Below, in pieces: positions 22,685-33,482 of a DNA stretch of 64,000 bases (the first letter of the stretch is position 1; every line of letters begins with the position of its first letter). Below the pieces are notes generated by a model, which ran no database searches, was not told the DNA's origin, and saw only the letters and a list, made by a program, of their open reading frames with translations. Made by a program: the position numbers and the translations under genes. The stretch is from Alphaproteobacteria bacterium (GTDB taxonomy: Bacteria; Pseudomonadota; Alphaproteobacteria; MPNO01; UBA830), in NCBI GenBank assembly GCA_964291215.2, contig OZ219790.1, positions 1,184,001 to 1,248,000 on the forward strand, written 5' to 3'.

Positions 22685-23425
22685 ATGAAAGGCGGCAACG
22701 AATACCGGTTTGTCATCGACGCCTATAGTCCCGAGACACTCCCGATGGTGCGCTTGGCGGAATATATGGCCAATCTCGCACGGCTTCTTGGCCGGGCCGA
22801 ACAGGTGCATTTCGTGCGTATCGAGGGCGGCAGCGCGGTGCTGGTGCAGCGCGTCGAACACGAGGCCGAGCCGGAAGTCTGGGGCCGGATAGGTTCGCTC
22901 GCGGACGGCAGCGCTCCCGACGATGTGTTGAAGGCTTTTCGCGCGTTGAACCGATGTCTGGCCGATGACAGGGCGACGGGCAGCTTGCAAGACGGCGGCG
23001 GCGAAGTGGTCCGGTTTCCCGGCTGCGAGCAACGACCGATGCCTGCCTTCGACAACTTCAATCAGGCAGGCGTGCTCGACGGCCAGTTAATCCGGGTCGG
23101 CGGGCGGGACGATACCGTGCCCGTGCATTTTCAGGACGGCGGGACGATCCATATTTGCAACGCCAATCGTGACATGGCCAAGCGCCTTGGACCGTATCTT
23201 TACGGTCCGACCCTGCGCGTTCAGGGAGAGGGGCGGTGGGAGCGCGATGGCGACGGCCAGTGGTGGATGAGGCGCTTCACTATAAAAGAATTCAAGCTGC
23301 TCGACGACGCGCCTCTCGGTGAAGTCGTCGAACGGCTGCGCGGAGTGGAAGGTAACGGCTGGAAAGTTGTCGAAGACTCCTGGACGGAACTTCGAAGATT
23401 GCGCGGACAGGATGGAGGGCGTTAA
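22685..23425 (+). CDS. Hypothetical protein translationally coupled to a PIN-domain gene
   Basis: Clean 246-aa ORF (YRFVIDAYSPETLPMVRLAEYM..) with GGAGG upstream; TAATG overlap with the next gene. Confidence 0.75.
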   Translation: MKGGNEYRFVIDAYSPETLPMVRLAEYMANLARLLGRAEQVHFVRIEGGSAVLVQRVEHEAEPEVWGRIGSLADGSAPDDVLKAFRALNRCLADDRATGSLQDGGGEVVRFPGCEQRPMPAFDNFNQAGVLDGQLIRVGGRDDTVPVHFQDGGTIHICNANRDMAKRLGPYLYGPTLRVQGEGRWERDGDGQWWMRRFTIKEFKLLDDAPLGEVVERLRGVEGNGWKVVEDSWTELRRLRGQDGGR

Positions 23426-25030
23426 TGGCGGTCTTCGACGCCACGGCGCTTTTGCTGTTTCTCGAACCCAATGCCAAACCCCCGCTCGATCCCGAAGCAG
23501 GAACCCCCATTGCCGATGTGGGCGCACGTGTCGAATTTCTGGTGAAAGCTCTGGAAGAGCGGCACGAGGCCATTGTGATACCGACGCCCGCGCTTAGTGA
23601 GGTCCTAGTAGTCCACCGGCATTGTATTGATGGTTTTTTTGTGGGTAGTATTTTCGTGTCGGCGTTCGTTGGAATCTGGACAGTGCCGATATCCACACGG
23701 GCAGATGCCGAACAGGCAGGCAGCCGCAGCCCCATGCGCAGGTCCGGACAACGGGCATGCCCGCAGGTCTTCGGCGCAATGACAGGAGCAGCGCATATGG
23801 CCAACTTTCGGGGCAGGAAGCTCTACCGGGTGACCCTTTCAGCGCAGGAGCGCCGGGATCTGAAGGCGATTGTCGACAGCACCGGGGCTGCCTGGCGCCG
23901 GGCACAAATCCTGACGCTGAGGGGGCGCTTGTCGATGCCGACATAGGGCTGGGCACGGCGACGGTCGAGCGCTTGCGCAAGCGCTGCGTCCTGGAGGGGC
24001 TGGACGCCGCCCTCAGCCGCAAGGAGCAGGTGAACCGCCGGCCAAAACGGCTGGACGGGGCGATGGAGGCGAAGCTGGTCGCCCTGTTCGTCCCCGCCCG
24101 AGGGCTGTGGACGCTGCTCGCCGGCCGTCTGGTGGAGATCGTCGAGCGCATTTCGGAAGAAACGGTCAGGAAGACGCTAAAAAAAAGAGATCAAGCCGTG
24201 GCTGAACTGGTGCATTCCACCGCACCGGAGCGCACAGTTCGTGGCGGCGATGGAGGATGTGCTTGACATTTATCAGCGGGACTTTGCCAGAGACGAGGTG
24301 CTGAGACCAGCCGGCAGCAGGAAACCCGCATCCCCCGGTCAGCCGGAGGTGGTCGACTATGAATATGAGCGCAACGGTACGGCCAACCTCTTCATGGCCT
24401 TTGCGCCCAACGAGAACTGGCGCACGGTGAAAGTCACCGACCGCCGCGGGACTGGGCGCACTTCATCCAGGAGCTTGCCGACGACCATTTCCCCGACAGG
24501 AAGATCGTGCTGGTCATGGATAATCTGAACACGCACAATCCCTCATCGCTGTATGAAGCCTTCGAGCCCGAGGAGGCGGGTACGAAAGCGGTTCGAGTTT
24601 CGCTACACGCCGAAGCACGGAAGCTGGCTCAACATGGCCGAGATCGGTGCGCTGTCGCGGCAGTGCCTTCGGCGACGCATTCCCGACCGCGACACCATGC
24701 TGCGGGAGACGGCGGCGTGGGTGGAACGGCGCAATGCGGCCGATGTCACTGTCGACTGGCGTTTCACGACGAAGGATGCCCGAACGAAACTGAAGTCACT
24801 ATATACATCAATACAATAATGTTAGACTACTAGTGCACGCCGGCGATGCGGGACCGGCGTATCTGAAGCTCTTGAACGGTAGCCGTTGTTTCCGTATCGA
24901 ATCGTTCGACGAGCGGGCCGCAATCGAACTTGCGGCGATGACCCACGATGCCATTGCCGCAGGCGACCTGCGCGCGGGCTCCGTCATCCTTGCGTCCGGC
25001 ACCGATGGGTTACACGAGGACGGCCCATGA
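23425..25030 (+). pseudogene. PIN-domain (VapC-like) protein interrupted by IS630 and 3'-truncated
   Basis: MAVFDATALL..IVIPTPALSEVL | VHAGDAG..FDERAAIELA rejoin in frame when the IS at CTAG is removed; the C-terminal acidic motif is missing. Confidence 0.8.
23606..24832 (+). mobile_element. IS630-family element type 1, copy B (degraded)
   Basis: Near-identical to copy A in opposite orientation; TA duplication at 23606-07 and 24831-32. Confidence 0.93.
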
Positions 25031-25329
25031 GAACGATCCACCACTTGAGGGCGTTGGCAGTCGCGGCATTGTTCGCCGCATCGGCCGCCGTGGTGCCTGC
25101 CGAGGCGGCGCTGCTCCGTCTCACGCTCGTTCACGTCAACGGCTGTAACCAGATGGCCGGCATCAAGGGAGCGGGCGGCGCGGCGAAAATCGCCACCGTC
25201 GCGGCGGAAGAGCGCGCCAAGGACGCAGCCGAGGGCGGCCATGTCGTGCTCACCTTCGGCGGCGACATGATCTCGCCCTCCCTGCTCTCGGTCGTTCGGG
25301 CGTCCGCGCAGGGCTTCCGACTTGCGTGA
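25027..25329 (+). pseudogene. 5'-nucleotidase/UDP-sugar hydrolase N-terminal fragment
   Basis: Signal peptide, LTLVHVN(D>G), GGAAKIAT, LTFGGDMISPSLLS, then abrupt end. Confidence 0.7.
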
Positions 25330-25397
25330 CAACTCCTCCACAGCACGACCAGCCCGCGGGGGTCGAGATGCCCGGGATGAATGCTCCAGAGATGCAT
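25295..25397 (-). pseudogene. Pyrimidine-dimer DNA glycosylase/endonuclease V family N-terminal fragment
   Basis: MHLWSIHPGHLDPRGLVVLWR resembles the family N-terminus MRLWSLHPxYLDxxGLVALWRE; frameshifted and truncated. Confidence 0.6.
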
Positions 25398-25539
25398 GTC
25401 CGCATTCTCAATGCCGGAGGGCCGCCGGACAACACGAGCCTTATGGAACCGGCGGGTCGCCCTTCCCGCCACGGCCTCGCGGAATGCCTACCGCGACGAT
25501 GCGGTCTTCGTGCTGACATAGTGTTAATACATTTCTGAC

Positions 25540-27640
25540 CCCCGTTCCATAGTGAAGTGCAAAACATGGTGCGGTGTGACCAGGTGTTTTTAGACGCATG
25601 ATGTTGCGGAGCGGCCAAGTAGCGGCGAGAATTCCTGTACAAGATGAAGGGAGCTTGTTCATGCCCAAAGGCTACCATCACCTACGAAGAGCGATGCCAG
25701 ATTGAGGCGCTAAAGGAAAGCGGTCTTTCACAAAGTGCGATTGCTCGGCAGCTGGGCCGTGACCGATCGACAATTTTTCCGGAGATCAAGCGCAACACCG
25801 GGGGACGGGGTTACCGTCACAAGCAGGCACAAAGGATGGCAGAAACGCGCCGCAGGGCAGCCTCGTCTGCTTCTTGGCGGCTAACGCCTCGGGTTGAAGC
25901 TCAGGAAAAGCTGCGGGAGGGCCCCGAGCAGATCAGCGGCCGTTTTCGGCTGGAGGGCCGTGGGTCGGCAACGGATCCATGATCACATTCATGAAGATCG
26001 GAGAGGCGGGGGCGTCTTGTGGAAAAAGCTTCGGCGGCGCGGCAAGAAGCCGAACTGGAAGGGTGGATGCCATTCCGGCCGGGTCCTTGGCCGAGTGGAC
26101 ATTTCCGAGCGCCCTGCGGAGGCAAAGGAACGGAGGTAATGTTCGACCTTGAAGTGAAACCGCCCTGACCATCTGCGCCATGTTCCGAAGCCGCAACGTG
26201 CAGCAGGGTCCATGCCGCGCGACGACGAAATAGTGGCTTGAAGCCGACAAAGGCGTTGCATAAGCTCGATGTTGAAGGAACTGAAGCTGTTCCTAGTAGT
26301 CTGACATTATTGGATTGAGAGATATAGTGACTTCAGTTTCGTCCGGGCATCCTTCGTCGTGAAACGCCAGTCGACAGTGACATCGGCCGCATTGCGGCGC
26401 TCGACCCACGCCACGGTCTCCCGCAGCATGGTGTCGCGGTCGGGAATGCGTCGCCGAAGGCATTGCCGCGACAGCGCGCCGCTCTCGATCTCGGCCATGT
26501 TGAGCCAGCTTCCATGCTTCGGCGTATAGCGAAACTCGAACCGCTTTCGTACCCGCCTCGCCTCTTCGGGCTCGAAGGCTTCATACAGTGACTGTGCGTG
26601 TTCAGATTGTCCAGCACGATCTTCCTGTCGGGGAAATGGTCGTCGGCAAGCTCCCGGATGAAGTGCGCCCAGTCCCGCGGCGGTCGGTGACTTTCACCGT
26701 GCGCCAGTTCTCGTTGGGCGCAAAGGCCATGAAGAGGTTGGCCGTACCGTTGCGCTCATATTCATAGTCGACCACCTCCGGCTGACCGGGGGATGCGGGT
26801 TTCCTGCTGCCGGCTGGTCTCAGCACCTCGTCCCTGGCAAAGTCCCGCTGATAAATGTCAAGCACATCCTCCATCGCCGCCACGAACTGTGCGCTCCGGT
26901 GCGGTGGAATGCACCAGTACTGCTTCAGCCACGGATTGATCTCCTTTTTTTTAGCGTCTTCCTGACCGTCTCTTCCGAAATGCGCTCGACGATCTCCATC
27001 TCCACCAGACGGCCGGCGAGCAGCTTCAGCGGGCACAGCCCTCGGGCGGGGACGAGACCAGCTTCGCCTCCATCGCCCCGTCCAGCCGTTTTGGCCGGCG
27101 GTTCACCTGCTCCTTGCGGCTGAGGGCGGCGTCCAGCCCCTCCAGGACGCAGCGCAAGCGCTCAATCGTCGCCGTGCCGATGCCCAGCGCAATGTCGGCA
27201 TCGACAAGCGCCCCCTCAGCATCAGGACCTGTGCCAGGCGGCCCCGGTGCCGTCGACGATCGCCTTCAAATCCTGGCGCTCCTGCGTTGAAAGGGTCACG
27301 CGGTAGAGCTTCCTGCCCCGAGAGTTGGCCATATGCGCCGCTCCTGTCATTGCGCCGAAGACCTGCGGGCATGCCCGTTGTCCGGACCTGCACATGGGGC
27401 TGCGGCTGCCTGCCTGTTCGGCATCTGCCCGTGTGGATATCGGCACTGTCCAGATTCCAACGAACGCCGACACAGAAATACTACCCACAAAAAACCATCA
27501 ATACAATGCCGGTGGACTACTAGGCGGAATCGAGAGGGGCAGAGGGGGGAAATTTGCGCAACATCCGGCCCTCATCGCAGTGAGGACGTAGCCCGAACGG
27601 AAATGAGGGCCGGATGTTGCACTTCAGACTGGAAGTGGGG
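25540..27640 (+). mobile_element. IS30-family element copy 1 (internally deleted, interrupted by IS630 copy C)
   Basis: Ends CCCCGTTCCATAGTGAAGTGCAA and TTGCACTTCAGACTGGAAGTGGGG; TYEERCQIEAL..SQSAIARQLGRDRSTI.EIKRN, VDISERP. The DDE core present in copy 2 is deleted here. Confidence 0.88.
26294..27522 (-). mobile_element. IS630-family element type 1, copy C (degraded)
   Basis: TA duplication in CTAG; same ends and motifs as copies A and B, with a different deletion set. Confidence 0.93.
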
Positions 27641-27943
27641 TTGTAATTCATGTATTATTTCAGGCAGTCATTCGTCATGTGATTCAAACCGAATGACTTC
27701 GCGATGTCGCGCACCACTTCGCCGGGTATGCACTCGACCACCTCGGCCCACGACTGGCGTTCGAAGTGATGGACATTGACATCCACGACTAGCCAGTCAT
27801 CAAGGCCGCGCTCGCGCACGGTACGCCTTCCCGCGCCAGCGTCTCGCGGGTATCGGAATCCTTGCGGAGTTGGGTCAGCTCACGCGCCAGCTGCCAGTCG
27901 CCTTCCATCGACTCTCCTCCGCGGATCGTCCCCGCGCGGACTA

Positions 27944-28810
27944 CTAATGCACCATCAACAGTGGAACCTGGGCATTCTGGAGGACATGGCGAGTAACTCC
28001 GCCGAGAATGAGTTCGCGCAGCCGGCTGTGTGAATAGGCTCCCGTGACGAGCAGATCGGCTTCGAGACCGGAAGCCTCCTCGAGCAGGACTTCCCCGACA
28101 GCACGGTGATCAGGCTCTATCTCGACGACCTCGGTCGAGACATCATGCCAAGACAAGTATTTCGCGATGTCCTGCGGCGCAGGTCCCTGCTTGGCGCCGG
28201 TCTTCACCGCAACCACCGTCACGGACCGGCTCGACACGAGAAACGGCAGCGCGGCCGCCACCGCGCGCGCCGCACTTGCGCTTCTGTTCCAGCCGATGAC
28301 CACATTCTCCCCGACGGACTGCGGCACGGCAGGGGGGGCGATCAGCACCGGGCGCCCCGTTCGGAAAAGCGCCGCCTCCGCGGACATCTCGCCGACTGTC
28401 GCCTGATCCGGATTCGCAGGCCCGACCACGATGAGGTCGTAGGCGCCGCCGCGCGCCGCGACCACCTCCGACGCCGCTCCACTTGCAGTCTCCCACGACG
28501 CGGACGGCATTTCGGCCGGAAGAGCGGTTTCCCGGTTGTCGATCTTGCGGTCCGACAGCATTTCAACAAAACGCTGGCGCGCCAGCGTACACTGGCGCTC
28601 CCGTTCTTCCTCGAATTCCCGAGACATCTGTCCGTGGATGGCCTCGAACAGCCCCATTGCTCCGGCAGGAATCATGTCGCTGACATCACCCGAAACGAAC
28701 AGGCAGTCAGCGTGGCCGCCGAACAGTTCGGCGAGAAGCAGCGCGGTACCGATAGCACTCTCGTCGTGGACGATATCCCCCAGCGGCACGAGCATGTACT
28801 TGATCGCCAT
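27944..28810 (-). CDS. Universal stress protein (tandem USP domains)
   Basis: DLIVVG..ALFRTGRPVLIAP; VIGWNRSASAARAV; ADLLVTGAYSHSRLRELILGGVTRHVL..PLLMVH. Confidence 0.92.
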   Translation of the reverse strand: MAIKYMLVPLGDIVHDESAIGTALLLAELFGGHADCLFVSGDVSDMIPAGAMGLFEAIHGQMSREFEEERERQCTLARQRFVEMLSDRKIDNRETALPAEMPSASWETASGAASEVVAARGGAYDLIVVGPANPDQATVGEMSAEAALFRTGRPVLIAPPAVPQSVGENVVIGWNRSASAARAVAAALPFLVSSRSVTVVAVKTGAKQGPAPQDIAKYLSWHDVSTEVVEIEPDHRAVGEVLLEEASGLEADLLVTGAYSHSRLRELILGGVTRHVLQNAQVPLLMVH

Positions 28811-29003
28811 GGCTCCCTCCCGATCGATCCGCTTTCGTCCAGACTATATCACGGCATCGCTGCCGCTCGCCACACTTTGTCGCGGGATTTCCTCGACATC
28901 GGCGCCGCGCCAGTCCGGGTGCGACCGGCGAGTTTGGTTTAAGATAACGACCATGTTACACAGCACCGCACACTGCTGTCATCACGAAAGCGGGAGGTTT
29001 CCC

Positions 29004-29969
29004 ATGAAATATCTGAATCTTGCCCTCGGCGCGGCAGTCGGCGCGGCACTCGCTGCCTCCGCGTCGGCGCAGACCGTCGGCATAGGCTCCACCAAAGGCG
29101 GAGCGGTGTCGCAGATTACGGCGACAATCTCGAAGGCGGTCTCAGAACATTCCGGCGGATTGCAGATGCGCAAGCAAACCATGGGCGGGACGCAACAGTA
29201 CATCCCGGTCATCAACGCGGGCGAACTCGAATTCGGAATCTCGAACATTGCCCAGTACCACATGGCGCGGACCGGCACCGGGCTGTCGAAGGGCACCAAG
29301 TACGAGAACCTGCGGCTCCTGACCACGATGATGAAATTCACGGTGAGCCCGGTCGTGCCAATCAAGTCGGGAATCACCAAGACATCCCAACTCAAGGGTA
29401 CGCGGATGGCAACTGGCTTCAAGGGAGCTCCGCTGTTCGTCAACATTCACAATGGCGCGCTTGCAACAGCCGGACTTACAGAGGCTGATATCAAGTCGGT
29501 GCCCCAGGTCGGCCTCGTGCAGCACTGGCGCGCGTTCATCGCCGGAAAGATCGACTGGGTGATCGCAGCCGCAGGATCGGGTTTCGTCAAACAGATGCAG
29601 GCCAAGATCGACGGCGGCGTACGGCACATTTCCCTGCCCAACACGCCCGAATCGCTGAAGGCAATGCGTAGCTGGTTCCCCAAGACCGAATACAGCATCG
29701 TGAAGCCTTCCAAGGGGCTGACGGGGGTGCTCGAGCCGACTGTGTTCATCACCTATGACTACTTGTTGTGGTCCAACAACAAGGTGAGCGACGACATCGT
29801 CTACAAGGTCACAAAGGTCATGCACACCCAGGAGAAACAGCTCACGGAGGGAGGCCCGCTGTGGAAGAGTTACGAGGCCAACAAGCGCTTGTCGAAGCCG
29901 CAAGGCCATCCGTATCATCCCGGCGCGATCAAGTACTACAAGGAAGTTGGTCTCTGGCAGGGCGGCTAG
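29004..29969 (+). CDS. TAXI-family TRAP transporter solute-binding subunit
   Basis: Signal peptide from MKYLNLALG (GGAGG RBS); C-terminal PYHPGAIKYYKEVG; adjacent fused permease. Confidence 0.9.
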   Translation: MKYLNLALGAAVGAALAASASAQTVGIGSTKGGAVSQITATISKAVSEHSGGLQMRKQTMGGTQQYIPVINAGELEFGISNIAQYHMARTGTGLSKGTKYENLRLLTTMMKFTVSPVVPIKSGITKTSQLKGTRMATGFKGAPLFVNIHNGALATAGLTEADIKSVPQVGLVQHWRAFIAGKIDWVIAAAGSGFVKQMQAKIDGGVRHISLPNTPESLKAMRSWFPKTEYSIVKPSKGLTGVLEPTVFITYDYLLWSNNKVSDDIVYKVTKVMHTQEKQLTEGGPLWKSYEANKRLSKPQGHPYHPGAIKYYKEVGLWQGG

Positions 29970-30156
29970 GCCCGAATCACGCGGCTACCGGCCCGGCTGC
30001 CCGCGAACCGTGGGCGGCCGGAGCCCCCGCCTGCGCTGGATGGGTTGGCTGAACGCGGTTCCGCTGGCATTGCATGACCGACCGCCGGACCACAAGAACC
30101 GCGCCGTTGCGGGCCGACGCGTTCCGGCCGACGCGGCAGGGACGGAGAATCGGGAC

Positions 30157-32121
30157 GTGACCGATACCAGCCAGAACGACGCTCCGGAAGAAAGGAGGGG
30201 GGCAGGCCTGCTAGCACAGCGCGAAGAAGCCCCGCTGATCGCCCGCATCTCTCTCGGTCTCGGAGCGATCGTCACAATCATCTCCGTCACCTGGGCCATC
30301 GACCTGTGGCTGGAACTCGGGTTCCAGTGGTTTGACGAGCAGGCAATGATGACGTGCCTGGGCCTCACGCTTGGAATAATCTTCCTGCGTTTCCCGGCGG
30401 ATGGCTCGAAGCGTCGGCTAAGGCTGCCGTGGTATGACGCCGTACTCGCCGTACTCGGCGTCGCCACCTGTTTGTATGTCGTCTACATCTACGGTGATAT
30501 CGAGGCGAATCCGTTCATGATGCGTGACACGGCGTTCGTATTCAGCGCCATTCTCCTCCCTCTCGTATGGGAAGCTCTGCGCCGGACTACGGGTTGGAGC
30601 CTGACGATCGTGTTCAGCGCCTTCATCCTCTACGCGTTTGTCGGCCACCTGATGCCGGGCATGCTTAAGGGTGTCGAGCAGAACAATATCCGCCTGATAG
30701 CAGAACTCGGCACGACAAATGTCGCCCTGCTCGGCCTGCCACTCCAGATCATCGTGCTGACGGTGGTTCTCTTCATATGGATGGGACAGCTGCTGCTCCA
30801 TTCGGGGGCCTCCGAATGGTTCACCGATGTCGCCACCGCCCTGATGGGACACTCGCGCGGCGGATCGGCAAAGATTGCGGTCGTCGCTTCGGGCATGTTC
30901 GGTTCGATCTCCGGTTCGGCGGTGTCGAATGTAGCGTCGACCGGCGTCATCACCATCCCGCTGATGCGCCAGGCCGGCTATGACGCCAAGAGCGCCGGCG
31001 CCATCGAGGCGGTCGCATCAACCGGCGGACAGATCATGCCTCCGATCATGGGGGCGGCAGCGTTCCTGATGGCGGAACTGCTGGAACTCGAATACACCGA
31101 AATAATTCTGGCTGCCCTCCTGCCGTCGGTGCTCTACTATCTTGCAGTGTTCGTGCAGGCCGACTTGGAAGCCGCCAAGCAGGGCATCGCGCCAGTTCCG
31201 AAGGACCGCATCCCGCCCTTTTTGCGCATCGCCAAACAGGGCTGGTTCTTCCTGCTTCCGTATGTTGTCCTCATATACGTGCTGTTCTGGATGAACCTGC
31301 CACCGCAGCAGGCAGCGTTCTGGGCCGCAGTGTCGGTAATCGTCGTCAGCATTGTCTTTTCCTACAATAAGCACCGTATATCGCCGAAGCAGTTCTGGGA
31401 CGCCATCGCCTCGTGCGGGCGGGCATCCGCGGACATCATCGTGATCGGCGCAATGGCCGGCATCATCATCGCAATTCTCGACCGCACCGGCCTCGGACAG
31501 GCGCTGACGCTTATCCTGGCCGCGGTCGGCGAAGGAAGTCTCTTCCTGTTGCTGGTACTCACGGCAGTGGTTTCGATTCTGCTCGGGATGGGAATGCCCA
31601 CCTCGGCCATCTACCTGCTGCTTGCCACCATGATTGCGCCGTCACTGATCAAGCTCGGCATTCACCCGATCGCCGCCCACATGTTCGTCCTGTATTACGG
31701 GCTGATGTCAATGATCACCCCGCCCGTTGCAATAGCCGCCTTCGCGGCGGCGTCCCTGGCCGGTTCCAGACCCATGGAAACAGGCATGACGGCAGTACGT
31801 CTCGGCTGGATCGCCTACGTGATTCCGTTCGTTTTCGTGCTTTCCCCAGCGCTGATTGGACAGGGTTCCGCGACGGAGATCCTGTTGGCGGCGGTGACGG
31901 CCATAATCGGCGTCTGGATCGCCTCATGCGGCCTGATCGGCTATATGTTCGGACCGCTGAATCCGGTCGACCGCGTAATTTTCTTCGCCGCCGGCATATT
32001 GCTCCTGCTCCCTGCCGACGCAATTCCCTACGGGCTTGCCGTCAACGGATCCGGGCTTGTCCTCGGTGCGATCATCCTTGTCAAGGATTACAACACGCAC
32101 AGGCGCAAGCCGGCGGCCTGA
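30157..32121 (+). CDS. TRAP transporter fused 4TM/12TM permease
   Basis: GGSAKIAVVAS..SGSAVSNVASTG, EAVASTGGQIMPPIMGAAAF, GMGMPT, MITPPVA. Start GTG 30157 inferred from GGAG RBS. Confidence 0.9.
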   Translation: MTDTSQNDAPEERRGAGLLAQREEAPLIARISLGLGAIVTIISVTWAIDLWLELGFQWFDEQAMMTCLGLTLGIIFLRFPADGSKRRLRLPWYDAVLAVLGVATCLYVVYIYGDIEANPFMMRDTAFVFSAILLPLVWEALRRTTGWSLTIVFSAFILYAFVGHLMPGMLKGVEQNNIRLIAELGTTNVALLGLPLQIIVLTVVLFIWMGQLLLHSGASEWFTDVATALMGHSRGGSAKIAVVASGMFGSISGSAVSNVASTGVITIPLMRQAGYDAKSAGAIEAVASTGGQIMPPIMGAAAFLMAELLELEYTEIILAALLPSVLYYLAVFVQADLEAAKQGIAPVPKDRIPPFLRIAKQGWFFLLPYVVLIYVLFWMNLPPQQAAFWAAVSVIVVSIVFSYNKHRISPKQFWDAIASCGRASADIIVIGAMAGIIIAILDRTGLGQALTLILAAVGEGSLFLLLVLTAVVSILLGMGMPTSAIYLLLATMIAPSLIKLGIHPIAAHMFVLYYGLMSMITPPVAIAAFAAASLAGSRPMETGMTAVRLGWIAYVIPFVFVLSPALIGQGSATEILLAAVTAIIGVWIASCGLIGYMFGPLNPVDRVIFFAAGILLLLPADAIPYGLAVNGSGLVLGAIILVKDYNTHRRKPAA

Positions 32122-32335
32122 CCGGAACTGACCGTCGCACGGCCGGATACACGATCGGATTTGCGGAGACGTGTACGCAGGATGCCCGTCTCAGGCGCCT
32201 CGACAGTTCAGCCCCCGGTCACCTGCCGAAAGCAAGGTGGTCCGGGGCCGACCCGGTGCCACGCGTACGTCGCCAAAGACCGAGGTAGACACGGAATAGC
32301 CGGAATCCTGCCTCTCGCAACGGCCGATACCCCGA

Positions 32336-32364
32336 CGAAAAGAGGCGGTCCAAAGACCGCCCCC
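32336..32364 (-). terminator. Probable intrinsic terminator downstream of dctP
   Basis: Stem GGCGGTC/GACCGCC with a 4-nt loop (32344-32361) followed by a short T-rich run on the minus strand, between convergent genes. Confidence 0.45.
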
Positions 32365-32387
32365 CAAGTCCCGCAGTTCTGTTCGTC

Positions 32388-33482
32388 TTAGCTGCCCAGC
32401 GGCTTGAACTGATACCGGTATGGCCACTTGTGCCCGGCCTCTTCCATGTACTTCATGTATTTCTCCATGATGGCCGGGCCGTCGATCTTGTAACCCTTAG
32501 CAATGTCATGCGCCCGCTCGTTGGGCCAGTCCTTGAGCGCCTCGGCCCACTTGGCCTGCTGCGCAACCGGAAGGGTCGATACCTTGGCGCCCGCCTTGCG
32601 AAGCTTGTCGAGCCCGATCGCCTCGCTCTTGTAGGCATCGAGCGTAGCTGCGGTCTCGTAGCCCTTTCCGGCATCGTCGATGATCTGGAGCACCTTCGCC
32701 GGCAGCCCCTTCCTGGTCTTGTGGTTCATGGTCAGGATGGTCTGGGCCATCGCGCCAAGATTGGTCACCTTGAAGTAGGGTGCCGGCTCGTGAAACTTGA
32801 AGCCGAAATAGACGCCCGGGAACATGATGAAGCCTTGGGCCACGCCAGTTGCAAGCGCATTGTAGGCTGTCGGCAGTGTGGTCGTCACTGGAATGGCCCC
32901 GTAGCGTTCGACCCATGGCAAGTTCGGTCCGGCCGCAATGATCTTCTTGCCCTTGAGTGCGCTCACGTCGGTCCATTCAAACTTGGTGCCGAGCCCGTAA
33001 TTGTCGAAGCCGGTCATCGCGATGAGCTTCTGGTTGTATTTCTTGTCGAGCATGTCGTAGAGTTCAGGGTGTTCGTCCATCACCCGCTGCTTGACCTTGA
33101 CCTGACGGCGGATGTCGCCGGTCGTGAACGGGGTGAAGTAGTCGAAATTCATCGGTAGCATTTTGGCGCTCTCGAAACACACGCACCAGCCGCCGATGTC
33201 GAGAAGCCCCTTTTCCACGGCTTCCAGCGTTTCGTGCACCTTGGCGATCTTGCCGGCATAGGCGTGGATGATCCTTACCTTGTGCTCAGTCTCGCTCTCC
33301 ACGCGTTTCTTGATCTCGTCGGCAAGGTAGTGCTCCATGTTGCGAACATAGGGCGTGGGTTTGCTGGGATGACCCGAACCCAGCCGCAAGACGATGGTCT
33401 TGGCCTCGGCAACGGCGGAAACGGCAAGCGATGCCGCGACAGCAGCCGCCAGGACAGTCGCGGGTCCACGAAGGATTTGCAT
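32388..33482 (-). CDS. dctP: TRAP transporter substrate-binding protein (DctP family)
   Basis: Signal peptide; LEAVEKGLLDIG, LKGKKI, YNALATGV; downstream of dctQM. Confidence 0.85.
   Translation of the reverse strand: MQILRGPATVLAAAVAASLAVSAVAEAKTIVLRLGSGHPSKPTPYVRNMEHYLADEIKKRVESETEHKVRIIHAYAGKIAKVHETLEAVEKGLLDIGGWCVCFESAKMLPMNFDYFTPFTTGDIRRQVKVKQRVMDEHPELYDMLDKKYNQKLIAMTGFDNYGLGTKFEWTDVSALKGKKIIAAGPNLPWVERYGAIPVTTTLPTAYNALATGVAQGFIMFPGVYFGFKFHEPAPYFKVTNLGAMAQTILTMNHKTRKGLPAKVLQIIDDAGKGYETAATLDAYKSEAIGLDKLRKAGAKVSTLPVAQQAKWAEALKDWPNERAHDIAKGYKIDGPAIMEKYMKYMEEAGHKWPYRYQFKPLGS

Noticed and set aside
28536-29003. Long N-terminal extensions in ORF calls 28536, 47961, 50904, 45326 and 52061
   Set aside because: They overlap neighbouring genes or the MITE; downstream starts have RBSs and/or family-typical N-termini.
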